A program made the translations under genes and the position numbers. The notes below the pieces were generated by a model, which ran no database searches, had not been told where the DNA came from, and saw only the letters and a program-made list of their open reading frames with translations. 64,000 nucleotides of DNA from Giardia intestinalis. Taxonomy: Eukaryota. The first letter of the stretch is position 1; every line of letters starts with the position of its first letter. Below are positions 1-9,896 of this stretch, in pieces. Location of the stretch: NCBI GenBank assembly GCA_000002435.2, contig CM018789.1; one strand, given 5' to 3'.

Positions 1-228
1 ACTGTCTTCGCGTCTGCGATTGAAGGGGACGATGGGCTGCGCAAGTGCCAAGGGGCCGGCAACAGGGGCAATCACAGGCTTATCATCAATTTCAGACACT
101 CGCTTTTTCAGTGCAAGGGCAACCTCTTCTTCCTTCTGCTTAGCAAGCTGATCATTGTGAGCATTCACCAAGGCCTCAATCCGGGAGTAGTCTTCAAAAA
201 GTTCACTCTTTTGTAACTCTGGCGGCAT
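1..228 (-). CDS. hypothetical protein, 5' part only (CDS runs off the left edge of the window)
   Basis: The reverse-strand ATG at 226-228 is preceded on the coding strand by ctgattaaaaaATG. I translated 76 codons down to position 1 without a stop (MPPELQKSELFEDYSRIEALVNAHNDQLAKQKEEEVALALKKRVSEIDDKP...). It is absent from the ORF track because no stop lies in the window. No family recognised. Confidence 0.4.
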   Translation of the reverse strand, partial: MPPELQKSELFEDYSRIEALVNAHNDQLAKQKEEEVALALKKRVSEIDDKPVIAPVAGPLALAQPIVPFNRRREDS

Positions 229-241
229 TTTTTAATCAGTT

Positions 242-1231
242 TTACGTGTTGTCAACTAATTTGAACGCAAACTTAGTCATAAGGGTCCACAGTCGGGTCG
301 TAGGATGGGAGACGGACAACTCGTCTAGGAGCCCTTTCAACCTATCTGTGTCTTCGGGGTGTAAAGGTAACAACAGAACCCTTAGATATAGACCTGCGGG
401 GACAACAGCAGGTGGACTTGTGTATTGAAGGACAAGGTTGTACAGTTCTTCTAATGTGCTCCTCTGTGACAGACCTCCTTGTCCTGCACCCTCGGTAGTG
501 ACCCAGTCATAGAGACCTCTGAGGTAGTCCCAGATGGCTTGGTTTGCAGGCGTCTTAGAGAGCGCACTATCCACGAAGGAAAACTCATCCTCGTAAGCTG
601 CCTCCCCGGAAGTTAGTAGGTTCTTCACGCACATAAGCCTATATGCCCAATAGCTGTTGTTAAGCAGATCGTTCTCCAAAAGCTGCTCGACCCACTGTAG
701 CTCTTCCCTCCAATCTAAATTATTTAAAAGATTTGTCAAGCTCATTTTGTAATTCCAGACATGATAGTTCTTACTGTCCATAGATAGTATGCTGCACACA
801 AGGGACCGTTCCCGCAGCTCATAGTAACTTTTGCGGTCTTCTTCGGGAAGGATCTGCATCAGAGCATATCTATGTGGCCAGACCTGGAAGTTCTTACTGG
901 AGGCTTGTGCAATCACAGCACTTCTGTCCAGCTCATGCTGCGGGCTTACGAGTCCCAATCGAACACACTGTAAAATAAGCCGATACCCTGCATAGTCTGT
1001 TGGCCGCAAGGAGATGAGCTTATGGCCCAACTCGTACTGTTCCATTGTTCTAGCTTGCGGTGAGGCCCGCAGGGCGAGACAAGCATCCTCTACCAAAGCT
1101 CTAGTCTCATCATTTGGTACCCAGGATAGCAAGACTCGGTCAGTCCCTTCCCCATGGGACGACTCATCTAGAGATTCGAACTTCATACTCGCCCCCGATT
1201 GATCATTCCAAATTTCATTGAAAATTACCAT
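242..1231 (-). CDS. protein prenyltransferase alpha subunit (farnesyl/geranylgeranyl-transferase alpha type, PPTA repeats)
   Basis: 329-aa ORF with the recurring N-x-x-x-W-x-x-R PPTA signature (NFQVWPHRY, NYHVWNYKM, NNSYWAYRL, NQAIWDYLRG) at repeat spacing. The size fits an FTase/GGTase-I alpha subunit. Confidence 0.75.
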   Translation of the reverse strand: MVIFNEIWNDQSGASMKFESLDESSHGEGTDRVLLSWVPNDETRALVEDACLALRASPQARTMEQYELGHKLISLRPTDYAGYRLILQCVRLGLVSPQHELDRSAVIAQASSKNFQVWPHRYALMQILPEEDRKSYYELRERSLVCSILSMDSKNYHVWNYKMSLTNLLNNLDWREELQWVEQLLENDLLNNSYWAYRLMCVKNLLTSGEAAYEDEFSFVDSALSKTPANQAIWDYLRGLYDWVTTEGAGQGGLSQRSTLEELYNLVLQYTSPPAVVPAGLYLRVLLLPLHPEDTDRLKGLLDELSVSHPTTRLWTLMTKFAFKLVDNT

Positions 1232-1264
1232 TCTTTAATTAAAAATATGCAATTAAAACAAAAA

Positions 1265-2431
1265 ATGCCTCCGAAAGGTAACCAGCCCAGTACCAAGACC
1301 ATTCAAAAGGAGAAGCAGAAAATAATAGAAGATCGCACTTTCGGGCTTAAGAACAAAAACAAGTCTAAAAAGGTTCAAGAGTACATCCAACAAGTCACAA
1401 AAAACATTCAGAATGCCCGATATCCGGGTCAGACACAAAACCGTCAGCAGCAGTCGACGGCTGAGCTGAATGCAAAGAGAAAGGAAGAGGAAAAGAAGGC
1501 ACAGATGCTGGCCATGCTGCGCTCTTCTCTGAGACAGCCCCCAATCCCAGAGGGCGCAAATCCCAAGGACTTCCCTTGCATCTTCTTCCTTCACAACTGC
1601 TGTGATAAGGGGGACAAGTGCAAGTATAGCCATAACAATGACACGAGTCATAGAGAGGCTCCATCTAAGAAGGAGCCTGTTGAAGAGGCGTCTGCAGAAG
1701 CCAAGGCCGCTTCCGGAGACGAAGAGAAGATCAGCGCGCTTTCCCAGGCGCTTGGAAAGCTAGACCTATACAGGGATATGCGCGAACAGCTCATGGAGTA
1801 TAATGCCAGGCAGCAGGCGAACAAGAGCGGCAAAAACTATGAGTCCATTCTCCAGGAGTATAAGGAAAGGTACCAGACCAGATTTGGAGACCGCAAGGTG
1901 TCCAAGGAGACCTGTCCTAACTATCTTGCAGCTTGTAAGAAGAGGGAAATCGGCTGGGGCTTTAAGTGCCCGCAGGAAGAAAAGACCGGCTACTGTGAGT
2001 TTCGACATTGTCTACCTCCCGGATACGTCATAGAGGAGAAGAAGAAGGTGGAGGTCATCGATAAAGACTTAGATTACGTTGAGATCGAGGAAGATATCGA
2101 ACGACGCAGAAATGAAATCACGTCTGGAACCCCTGTCAACCCAACCACGTTCGCTGAGTGGAAGAAAAAGCGCCTTGAAGCCAAGAAGGCTATAGAACAA
2201 GAAAACATCACCAGAGTGGAAAACATACTCAAGCAAAGGGGTGGTGAGCACTATCAGGGCCTCACAGGCCGCGCCATCTTTGAGAACATAGGGCGTATCA
2301 GTGGAATGGAGGACGTTGCCGCTGAACAGAACAAGGAAGAAATCGACGAATGGCTCAAGAACCGGGAGGACATTGAAGAAGTTGAGAAGGAGGCAGAACA
2401 GAGCGCTGGGCAGCCCCTCGACACCGAGTAA
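1265..2431 (+). CDS. CCCH zinc-finger protein of the ZC3H15/DFRP1/Tma46 family (DRG GTPase partner)
   Basis: From the ATG at 1265 the protein opens MPPKGNQPSTKTIQKEKQKIIEDRTFGLKNKNKSKKVQEYIQQV, the characteristic N-terminus of this family. There are two fingers: CIFFLHNCCDKGDKCKYSH (C-x7-C-x5-C-x3-H) and CPQEEKTGYCEFRHCLPPGYVI (compare ...YRHALPPGFVL). The track ORF starts at 1199, which would overlap the divergent gene ending at 1231. ATG 1265 is preceded by aaaacaaaaaATG. Confidence 0.7.
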   Translation: MPPKGNQPSTKTIQKEKQKIIEDRTFGLKNKNKSKKVQEYIQQVTKNIQNARYPGQTQNRQQQSTAELNAKRKEEEKKAQMLAMLRSSLRQPPIPEGANPKDFPCIFFLHNCCDKGDKCKYSHNNDTSHREAPSKKEPVEEASAEAKAASGDEEKISALSQALGKLDLYRDMREQLMEYNARQQANKSGKNYESILQEYKERYQTRFGDRKVSKETCPNYLAACKKREIGWGFKCPQEEKTGYCEFRHCLPPGYVIEEKKKVEVIDKDLDYVEIEEDIERRRNEITSGTPVNPTTFAEWKKKRLEAKKAIEQENITRVENILKQRGGEHYQGLTGRAIFENIGRISGMEDVAAEQNKEEIDEWLKNREDIEEVEKEAEQSAGQPLDTE

Positions 2432-2498
2432 AGTTCTAAAAAAAGTCGAGCGAATTGATTTCAATTTCGTCTTTTTATAAGCAAAGGGAGTGAGGCAA

Positions 2499-2867
2499 AT
2501 GAAGCACCTTGCGGCGTACCTTCTGGCTAAGATGGGCGGCAAGAACGAGCCAGCCGTAGCTGACATCGAGAAGATAATAGCAGCCGTTGGAGGCACGACA
2601 GACGCAGACCTCGCGAAGACCGTTGTGGAGAAAGTTGGGGCTGGTGGCCTCTCTGTTGAGGATCTCATGAGTCTCGGAAAGAAGCGCATGGCGAGCATGC
2701 CCGCCGTGGGGGCAGCCCCTGCCGCTGCATCAACCGCTGCAGCAGTCGCCGAAGCAGCCCCTGCAGCAGCCAAGAAGGAGGAGTCTGACGACGACGAGAT
2801 TGTCGGTGCCGGTGGAATGTTCGGCGGCGACTCGTCTTCTTCTGAGGAGGAGTCCTCGTCTGATTAA
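2499..2867 (+). CDS. RPLP2: 60S acidic ribosomal stalk protein P2
   Basis: MKHLAAYLLAKMGGKNEPAVADIEKIIAAVGG... is the conserved P2 N-terminal domain, followed by an Ala/Pro hinge and an acidic KKEESDDD tail. The track start at 2490 is a GTG; the first ATG is at 2499. Confidence 0.85.
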   Translation: MKHLAAYLLAKMGGKNEPAVADIEKIIAAVGGTTDADLAKTVVEKVGAGGLSVEDLMSLGKKRMASMPAVGAAPAAASTAAAVAEAAPAAAKKEESDDDEIVGAGGMFGGDSSSSEEESSSD

Positions 2868-2881
2868 TCGCGGGGTTCTGG

Positions 2882-2888
2882 AGTAAAT
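2882..2888 (+). promoter_or_regulatory. putative polyadenylation signal (AGTAAAT) of the P2 gene
   Basis: AGTAAAT lies 15 nt after the TAA stop (2865-2867) and matches the AGTRAAY consensus described for Giardia mRNAs. Confidence 0.45.
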
Positions 2889-2905
2889 ACGGTCGTTCTC
2901 GGTGC

Positions 2906-4633
2906 CTACTGCGTCACCCGATCCTCCTTACACTTTAGATACCACTCCTCGGTAATGTGTGTGTTCTCCCACTCCTTGACTTGCCGGGCGTGTGAAAAGC
3001 GAGCCTTAGTCTGTTGTGTGGTAGCATCTATCCGGAGGAGCTGCCGAAGATCCGCCTGCATTTTCTCCAGTTCAGGGACGGCCGCCGGGAAGATCTCCTT
3101 TCGGCGTCTAAAGATGAAACCTCTCATTGCTTTTGTGAGCTTTCCGAAGACAGGCCGTCGCTCACGCTGCTTGTTTGGCCCCTCCTCTAGTGTCTTATGG
3201 GTATAGCTCAAGGCCGAGACCCGAGAAAAGATAAAGGTCTCTATGCCCGATGGTAGAGCAATGTTGCACTGAGCTAGTTCACGTGACTCTAGCATGGGCG
3301 CAATAATGAGTCTGTACGAAGGATGGTCTTCCAACTTTGCCGATACACTTACCTGTGCAGTGCTTGCCCCTCGCACCACATTACTCGTCTGGGATTGAGC
3401 CAGAGTAGCGTTCTTAGAGGTTCCAGGAATGTATGAAATTTGACTAAATTTCTGAGTAACCTGATCGGTGCTTAGCTGTGTGTCGGCAACAGAGAGGTCT
3501 GGTATGCTTGTTTGGGACAGGTCCCCCTTGTCTCTCAACATGCTATTTTCCAGCTCATTCAGAAGAGCCGTGAATAACACTTGCATAGACGTATCATTTC
3601 CTGACTTCAAAATCATCTCCTCTGTTTCCAAAGATTTGTCCAGCTGAGGAAGGATCTCAGCTAGCCTTATGCCGCTCGGAAACCAAACTATGTTCTTCAG
3701 CAAATCTGCCTTGGACCAAATCTCGTACGGAGGCACATAAACCCACCGCTTCTCGGAAGAATAGGTCATCTGCTTCCTCTTCCGCATATCTCGTAAAAGG
3801 GAGTCGAATGGATAGGGAAGGTAGGATGGATTGAGAGCCTTCTGCAAGTATAGTAGCGTCTCCTTAAGCTTTTCATCACCATCACTCACTTCTGTCACGT
3901 TGATATGATGGAGGAAAAGAGAGAAACTTACAATGGTATCTGATAGAAAGATGGGAAGAACCCCCTGCTGACCGTGGTACTGGGAGATTTGCTGCACGAT
4001 CTTCATAAGCGGCAAGGTGGATAACCGTCGCATTTCTAACCTTCCCGATCTTCCTATCGCTCCCCCCTTGGTTAGTAGCATCTCTGGCAACTCTGGTTGA
4101 TAGCACAAGAACAAACCATCCTTGATCAGCTGCTCACCAAGCTTTATCGAGATTTTTGGGTATGTAAACAGATTGCCATCGTTGTACTCAACATTAACTA
4201 ACTGCAAAAGAGATAAAACGAAAATCAAGTCTACCAGATAAACGGCGGATTCTACCGAACAGCCGTGGGAAAATACTATTTGATAGCTACGAGCGTCAGA
4301 CTGCGTACGCTTAATCTTACGAATGAAGTGGCATAGCTGTTTCAGGTACTTTTCATCTGTCTCTTCAGGATAGATAAGTTTTATGTCTAGATATAATCTG
4401 TAATCTAGCTTGCTGAGGATATAGGTAAGCTTATTAACTAATCTGTCTTGAGAAATATCAATGGATATGCTGCGCACCTCTTTCAGCGACTCTAATTCCT
4501 CTATAACAAACTCATAAAAAAGGCGATATGCGAGCGATGAGATAGGGACTTTCTTTCCCGTGGAGATATAATGTTGATACACGTACACTTTATCGGTCGC
4601 AAATTGAAGAATGTGCGGGAGATTGGATGACAT
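2906..4633 (-). CDS. hypothetical protein (575 aa)
   Basis: Long uninterrupted ORF with non-repetitive composition. The ATG at 4631-4633 is preceded on the coding strand by an A-rich tract (cacaaaaaaaATG). No domain recognised. Confidence 0.6.
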   Translation of the reverse strand: MSSNLPHILQFATDKVYVYQHYISTGKKVPISSLAYRLFYEFVIEELESLKEVRSISIDISQDRLVNKLTYILSKLDYRLYLDIKLIYPEETDEKYLKQLCHFIRKIKRTQSDARSYQIVFSHGCSVESAVYLVDLIFVLSLLQLVNVEYNDGNLFTYPKISIKLGEQLIKDGLFLCYQPELPEMLLTKGGAIGRSGRLEMRRLSTLPLMKIVQQISQYHGQQGVLPIFLSDTIVSFSLFLHHINVTEVSDGDEKLKETLLYLQKALNPSYLPYPFDSLLRDMRKRKQMTYSSEKRWVYVPPYEIWSKADLLKNIVWFPSGIRLAEILPQLDKSLETEEMILKSGNDTSMQVLFTALLNELENSMLRDKGDLSQTSIPDLSVADTQLSTDQVTQKFSQISYIPGTSKNATLAQSQTSNVVRGASTAQVSVSAKLEDHPSYRLIIAPMLESRELAQCNIALPSGIETFIFSRVSALSYTHKTLEEGPNKQRERRPVFGKLTKAMRGFIFRRRKEIFPAAVPELEKMQADLRQLLRIDATTQQTKARFSHARQVKEWENTHITEEWYLKCKEDRVTQ

Positions 4634-5044
4634 TTTTTTTGTGATTTACTTTCTATGTTCCCTGCTCAAGTACTAACCCTAGATCAGTAAATCTCTTTAA
4701 TTGTGTATGGATGCGTGAAATAAAAAATCTACGAGACCTCTATAAACCTGGCTGCCTGATGGGCAAGTACTCATAAAGACCACCTACACTCAACCACCCC
4801 ATCACTGAACAAGACCTACGCCTTGCTTTGCTGTCTTCAAGTGCAAGCTGTTATCAGTGAGCTCTCATCCACTGATAAGTTTTTGAGATATAACCACCTA
4901 TGTTTCGGCCCTCACCACCCATGGCAGCCATTTAATCTACGAATGACTAATTTCATATGGGACATAGACAAGAACATAAAGTAGATCTTCCACTCTCAGC
5001 AGCGCAGGTTAAGAAAGAACAAAATTACTTTTGGCTGTTAGGAG

Positions 5045-6793
5045 ATGGCAGACCTAGCAAAGTCAGCTCAACCATCACTTCAGTCCGCATCCTTAGATCT
5101 GGTTCGCCAGCGGGCTGAGCACTGCTTTAATATCTACCATACTCATGCAGAAACGCTATTCCCACTCTCAGTAATTTTATTGTCCTCCATCACAAAATCC
5201 AGTGCAATTCATTCATCGTCCTTCCTTTGGAACACACAATCGCAAGGAGCAGTTAGTTCATCATATTACGGACTCGTCCGTATTCTTAATGAAGTTGCAA
5301 ATTATTTAGAGCAGATGGAGGTGTGCAGTCACATGGACTCACTAGAAGCTCCATCTCTACAAGATAGCCCTTCTTCTACAGACCAATTTCATGAAGTTTC
5401 ACTGGCTTTGTGTGCACCGTGCTTTTTATATGACAATTTGCACTCGTTTTACACTTTAGAATCGCCTCCTTCTGTATCTGCAGAACCCTTTTATAAACGA
5501 ATCTTCTCATATATTTACCCATCACTCTCTTCTCCACGTCCCTTCCAGATACAGAAAAGTGTCATAACTGCACATAAGAAGCACTGTCTCGAGCTAATAC
5601 TGTCTGAAATCATCAATGCTAACTCACAATGCAAAGCATCATGCCAGGTCCTTGTCATTTTAGCTACAGTTAGTGCCTCATCACTCAGTGCAAAGTCTGT
5701 TATTTTCCTTAGCACTCCACATCTCTCTGATCATAACTCTACATTGTTAATAATACCTGGCCCAGTTGCACGAAAAGAAATCGTGGTCCCCAATCTTCAA
5801 GCTGTCAAGGTTACAGGGCAAATCCCTCCGGTAAACATTCAGCAGCACGTAGAGACCCTATCCTTCACTAACGTCGAATCCACTTTCAGACTCTTTTCTC
5901 GAAACAAACCAGTAGCTTGGCAGGTCATAAGTCCGTCCCATACGGGCGTGCTGCTACCTTTTATGCAGAAGTGCAACGGTCTCCACAGCTGGGCATCAAT
6001 TGCAGAGAACATTCGTGCATATAATCTTCCGGTGATAAAGAACGCATTAAAGACTGCAGCACGTATACGTACTAGCAAGGTGCGGCGAGTGAAGTTGCAG
6101 AAAACAAAGCGGAGCTCCTTCTTTTCATTCAAGTCTGTGCCAGGCCAAAAGCACTTCTTACTTAGTCGCAGAAATGTCCCTTCTAAGGCTGTGCAAGCCA
6201 AGAAGACTCTTGGCATAAACCGTGGAAGTCTCTTTTGCTGCCACATGTCTCCAGGCGAATATGATTCTCAGCTACCCTTTCAAACACGCATTCCGTTGGC
6301 TCTTACTCAGGATTCCACACCTCATCTACGAGTGAAAAAGCAGTTTACTCCGCAGCTAGCTCAATCCACTTCAGAAGCAGGAATATATAGTTTCACAGTG
6401 CAGCTGAGGTTACCTGATGGTTCTGACCCCATGCTGACTGTGTACATTGCAAAGGTATCTCTTCATTTTTCAGAGGCCCAAGGAGCGGTTTTGCTCCCTA
6501 ATTCTTCAGAACTCTTGCCCGTTCCTTGCACCTGTGAGCTCCCAGTCGGCAAGTTTCTGACCAATAAGAGTGCTCATACAAAGTATGGCCTATACAGTTT
6601 ACACACACAGCAGATTGAATGGCAGCCTTCAGGCATCAAAAGGTATAGCGGTAATACAACAGCATGCGTGTCGCTAAACGTACAATATCATAGTCAAGCT
6701 ATGCCCGGGCTAACTTCATATCCTGCTGTCGATGTGTCCATCGATAGCAGAGTAATTCCAGATGTCGTGTACATCACTGACATCATTCCTTAG
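5045..6793 (+). CDS. hypothetical protein (582 aa)
   Basis: Long ORF that is Ser/Leu-rich. No domain recognised. An unusually long (about 410 bp) upstream intergenic region precedes it. Confidence 0.55.
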   Translation: MADLAKSAQPSLQSASLDLVRQRAEHCFNIYHTHAETLFPLSVILLSSITKSSAIHSSSFLWNTQSQGAVSSSYYGLVRILNEVANYLEQMEVCSHMDSLEAPSLQDSPSSTDQFHEVSLALCAPCFLYDNLHSFYTLESPPSVSAEPFYKRIFSYIYPSLSSPRPFQIQKSVITAHKKHCLELILSEIINANSQCKASCQVLVILATVSASSLSAKSVIFLSTPHLSDHNSTLLIIPGPVARKEIVVPNLQAVKVTGQIPPVNIQQHVETLSFTNVESTFRLFSRNKPVAWQVISPSHTGVLLPFMQKCNGLHSWASIAENIRAYNLPVIKNALKTAARIRTSKVRRVKLQKTKRSSFFSFKSVPGQKHFLLSRRNVPSKAVQAKKTLGINRGSLFCCHMSPGEYDSQLPFQTRIPLALTQDSTPHLRVKKQFTPQLAQSTSEAGIYSFTVQLRLPDGSDPMLTVYIAKVSLHFSEAQGAVLLPNSSELLPVPCTCELPVGKFLTNKSAHTKYGLYSLHTQQIEWQPSGIKRYSGNTTACVSLNVQYHSQAMPGLTSYPAVDVSIDSRVIPDVVYITDIIP

Positions 6794-6809
6794 CTCTGCT
6801 CTTTTGTAG

Positions 6810-7037
6810 TTACTTTACGGGAAGGGTTCCAGACGAGCGGAACATGGCTAAGATCTCTGCCTCTGTGGGCAGAGGTTCTCCTGCGCTGTACTTGGCTTTT
6901 AGCGCCACTGTAATGTGGTTCTGAAGAACCTGGAGGTGCTCTATGACACGTTCGTACTCCTCAGTAAGTGCACCCGTGTATGCCGCACATGTCGTCTCCC
7001 AGATCTCGTTTAGTGTCTGTGAATCGGCACTAGACAT
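6810..7037 (-). CDS. small hypothetical protein (75 aa)
   Basis: ORF with an AT-rich initiator on the coding strand (aataaattcttaattcATG). It is convergent with the 5045-6793 gene and 16 bp from its stop. No homology recognised. Confidence 0.35.
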   Translation of the reverse strand: MSSADSQTLNEIWETTCAAYTGALTEEYERVIEHLQVLQNHITVALKAKYSAGEPLPTEAEILAMFRSSGTLPVK

Positions 7038-7667
7038 GAATTAAGAATTTATTGGTCCTGTCAGCCTCCTGTCAGCCGTTGATCGCCCATTGTCTAATGT
7101 GGCTTGCTACTCGGTTCTACCACTGGCCCTGCACGTTGGCTACTGGGTGCCGTTGAGAGGATCACCAACCCAGCCACCCAATCGACGAAGGAAGTGGCGG
7201 TAGACGCTCATGATCGTCTGCATGTGTTCGTTGTTGACGAGCGCTTGTATGCACTGCAGACCGCTGAGAACGCTCAGCAAACGCCACAGTGACCTTAGTC
7301 ATAGATCGGGGTGATGTACTCATCTCGGAGGTCGACCACACCAGGAATGGGCCTCAGCGATTTGGCACACAGGCACTCTGGGTTGGCCGACTGTAGTGGA
7401 GGAGCATGATTCACAGATGTCCTTTGGCTCCCCTATGAAGACGCAAAGCCTGGCTGTTTGTCTTTAACACTGCGAGCAACAGATACTCATAAACACCAGT
7501 TTACACAAAATGTAACGTTCGTTTTTAGGCTTGAGAGTTGGATGCATGTGCATCTGGGCCTATAGTGGGATAGCTGGTAAGGTAGTGTTCAACAGAATGT
7601 TCGTAGAATGCACCTGTACGTAGATTCCACACTTAACTTTCTGGGACACACAAAAAATAGTATACGA

Positions 7668-9896
7668 ATGTTGTGTCTGCTAGCTTTGGAATTCGTAGTT
7701 AGCCTCGTTGTCGATGCTTATCAGAATGCTTTTGAAAAGGAGTGTACGACTGTGGCGCAAAAGGACACATGCGCGACCAAGAAGTGTATAACGGTCAGCG
7801 GCACCGAACTGTGCCGCGAGTGCGTTGGCGGAAAAGTCCCTATCGACGGGATTTGTAAGGACACTACTGATTCCAGTGTTAGTTTATATGGATGCGAGCA
7901 TTCTAGTGGCACTGGATTTTGCACCTCGTGCAAGGATACCGCCTTCCTCTTCTACGGCAGCTGTTACGCTATAGACAAGGTTCCGGGAAACCTTGTTTGT
8001 AGCAAAGCAGAGAGTGGCAAGTGTACGGAGTGCAGACAAGGATCAAAGTTTCTGTTTACAAACCCCGACGACAGTGCGGCGGAACGGTGCATATTGTGTT
8101 ACGACAACGTCGGCTTCGGCTCATATAAAGGCGTCGATGGCTGCAGGTACTGCCTGCCTCCGCTCACCGGAGAGACATCTGCAGAGTGCAACTGGTGCCA
8201 GAATGAGAAGTATGGCCCGATAGACGGAGTATGCAAAGATCCGGGCAGGCACTTGTGCGCCGACGGGGCCTGCTCAAACTGTTACATGACTCACATTCAG
8301 CACAACGGAGGGTGCTACACAAAGACAGAAACCGTTGCACAGAAGATATGCACCACCGAAAACCAGTTCCAAGTAATTAACATCACTGCCTGCAAGAAGT
8401 GCGCCATTAAAGGGGAGGTCCCAATGGACGGGCGGTGCATAAAGGGCTTGCTCGAGCCAAAGTGCAACCCGTATCCTAACACGGATGGCAGCTGTACCGA
8501 TTGTAAGAAGGGCGGAGTCAGCTACGACACGTTCCTGTTCAACGAGGGCTGCTACAACATGAGCGATTACATCGGGTCCCAGATCTGCAGCAAGGTTAAC
8601 GAAAACGCAGAATGTGAACTTTGGAATATCGGAAGTTATGCAGTTTTCCGGCCTCCAAACGACAAAACTGCCCATACGTGCAGCGATACTTCTGCCAGGG
8701 GCATCCCTGGATGCTCCCGCTGCAGCTACAATGTTGAGAAGAAAGGGCCTATTTGCTATAACTGTGAGTACAACACGTTGGCTTTTGATAGAATGTCATG
8801 TATCACTGAAACCAGCTGCACAGGGGATAATGTACAACGAAAGTGCCCTGGAAACTCCGAAAGAGGGTGCAGATGCGAGTGTGCAGAGAAATCCTATAAG
8901 AACGGAGATAAGTGCGTTGCGTGCGATTCATCATGTCTGAAATGCGCTGGACGAGAGAGTAGATCTTGCACACTGTGTCCTCCTGGCAAAGCTCTTAAAT
9001 ACATAGGAAGTTCTATGGTAGGAACGTGTGAAGAGGGCTGCAAACAGGATGATACATGCGAGACCTGTGGCCTAACGGTTAATCAAACAGCATATTGCTC
9101 TAAGTGCAAGGACCCCACTAAATATCCCCTAGATGGTGTGTGCACATCAGCAAGTGAAGCCAGGACATCCGCCTGTTTGCAGCAGTCCAATGGAGCGTGT
9201 CAGAAATGCTCATCTGACTATTTCTTAATGGGCGGTGGCTGCTACCAAATCAACAAATATCCCGGTCGATTTGTATGTGGATGGGCCGACGATGGGAAGT
9301 GTATAGAGACTATGAATGGATACAGCATTAACGACCAGGGCCAACTTGTAGATTGCGACTCTACCTGCATGACGTGCGTGGAAGGCAAGAAGGAGCAATG
9401 CTTGTCGTGTCACTCAAGCAAATACCTCAAGAAGGAAGGGACAACTTCTTACGGCACCTGCGTGAGCCGCAACGACTGCAAGGACGGATACTACGCCAAT
9501 CACGATACCATGGAGTGCCTCCCGTGCAACATCAACGACTGCGTCTCGTGCCATCTTATTGACAAGTCAATTTTGTGCAGTCGATGTCGTGGAGACAATC
9601 TTGTGGGCCTCGACAAACGCTCGTGCACGACGGTGATCCCCGAAAATGCCGTTGAGTCCTGGGGTGGTTATACATGCAACGATGACTCGGTTCTCTCGGG
9701 CAACGCATGTCTGAGAAAGAGCTCCCAGAAGAACAAAGGAAATGGGCTTTCTAACAACGTGATTATTGGAATTTGTGTTGGAGCTGTTTTGATTATGGGT
9801 GCGCTGATTGGTGTCCTGGCCTGGTGGGTGGTGTCCCGGAAGAAAAAGAGCGCCAGCTTTGAACGTAGTAGAAGCCTGGTTATATCTAAGTCCTAG
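7668..9896 (+). CDS. high-cysteine membrane protein (VSP-like, non-VSP tail)
   Basis: More than 20 CXXC motifs (CRECVGG, CTSCKD, CTECRQG, CNWCQN, CLKCAG, CMTCVEG and others) and GGCY-type motifs (GGCYTKTE, GGCYQINK, GSCYAIDK). There is a single C-terminal TM segment (VIIGICVGAVLIMGALIGVLAWWVV) followed by a 20-aa tail, SRKKKSASFERSRSLVISKS, instead of the VSP CRGKA ending. The signal-peptide-like start MLCLLALEFVVSLVV at ATG 7668 (aaaaaatagtatacgaATG) is preferred over the track start at 7608. Confidence 0.8.
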   Translation: MLCLLALEFVVSLVVDAYQNAFEKECTTVAQKDTCATKKCITVSGTELCRECVGGKVPIDGICKDTTDSSVSLYGCEHSSGTGFCTSCKDTAFLFYGSCYAIDKVPGNLVCSKAESGKCTECRQGSKFLFTNPDDSAAERCILCYDNVGFGSYKGVDGCRYCLPPLTGETSAECNWCQNEKYGPIDGVCKDPGRHLCADGACSNCYMTHIQHNGGCYTKTETVAQKICTTENQFQVINITACKKCAIKGEVPMDGRCIKGLLEPKCNPYPNTDGSCTDCKKGGVSYDTFLFNEGCYNMSDYIGSQICSKVNENAECELWNIGSYAVFRPPNDKTAHTCSDTSARGIPGCSRCSYNVEKKGPICYNCEYNTLAFDRMSCITETSCTGDNVQRKCPGNSERGCRCECAEKSYKNGDKCVACDSSCLKCAGRESRSCTLCPPGKALKYIGSSMVGTCEEGCKQDDTCETCGLTVNQTAYCSKCKDPTKYPLDGVCTSASEARTSACLQQSNGACQKCSSDYFLMGGGCYQINKYPGRFVCGWADDGKCIETMNGYSINDQGQLVDCDSTCMTCVEGKKEQCLSCHSSKYLKKEGTTSYGTCVSRNDCKDGYYANHDTMECLPCNINDCVSCHLIDKSILCSRCRGDNLVGLDKRSCTTVIPENAVESWGGYTCNDDSVLSGNACLRKSSQKNKGNGLSNNVIIGICVGAVLIMGALIGVLAWWVVSRKKKSASFERSRSLVISKS

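Noticed and set aside
4851-4878. A perfect 9-bp stem with a 10-nt loop (ttatcagtg-agctctcatc-cactgataa) lies in the 410-bp intergenic region upstream of the 5045 gene.
   Set aside because: A single short hairpin has no flanking box motifs or tRNA/snoRNA features that I could recognise. It is too weak to call as a feature.
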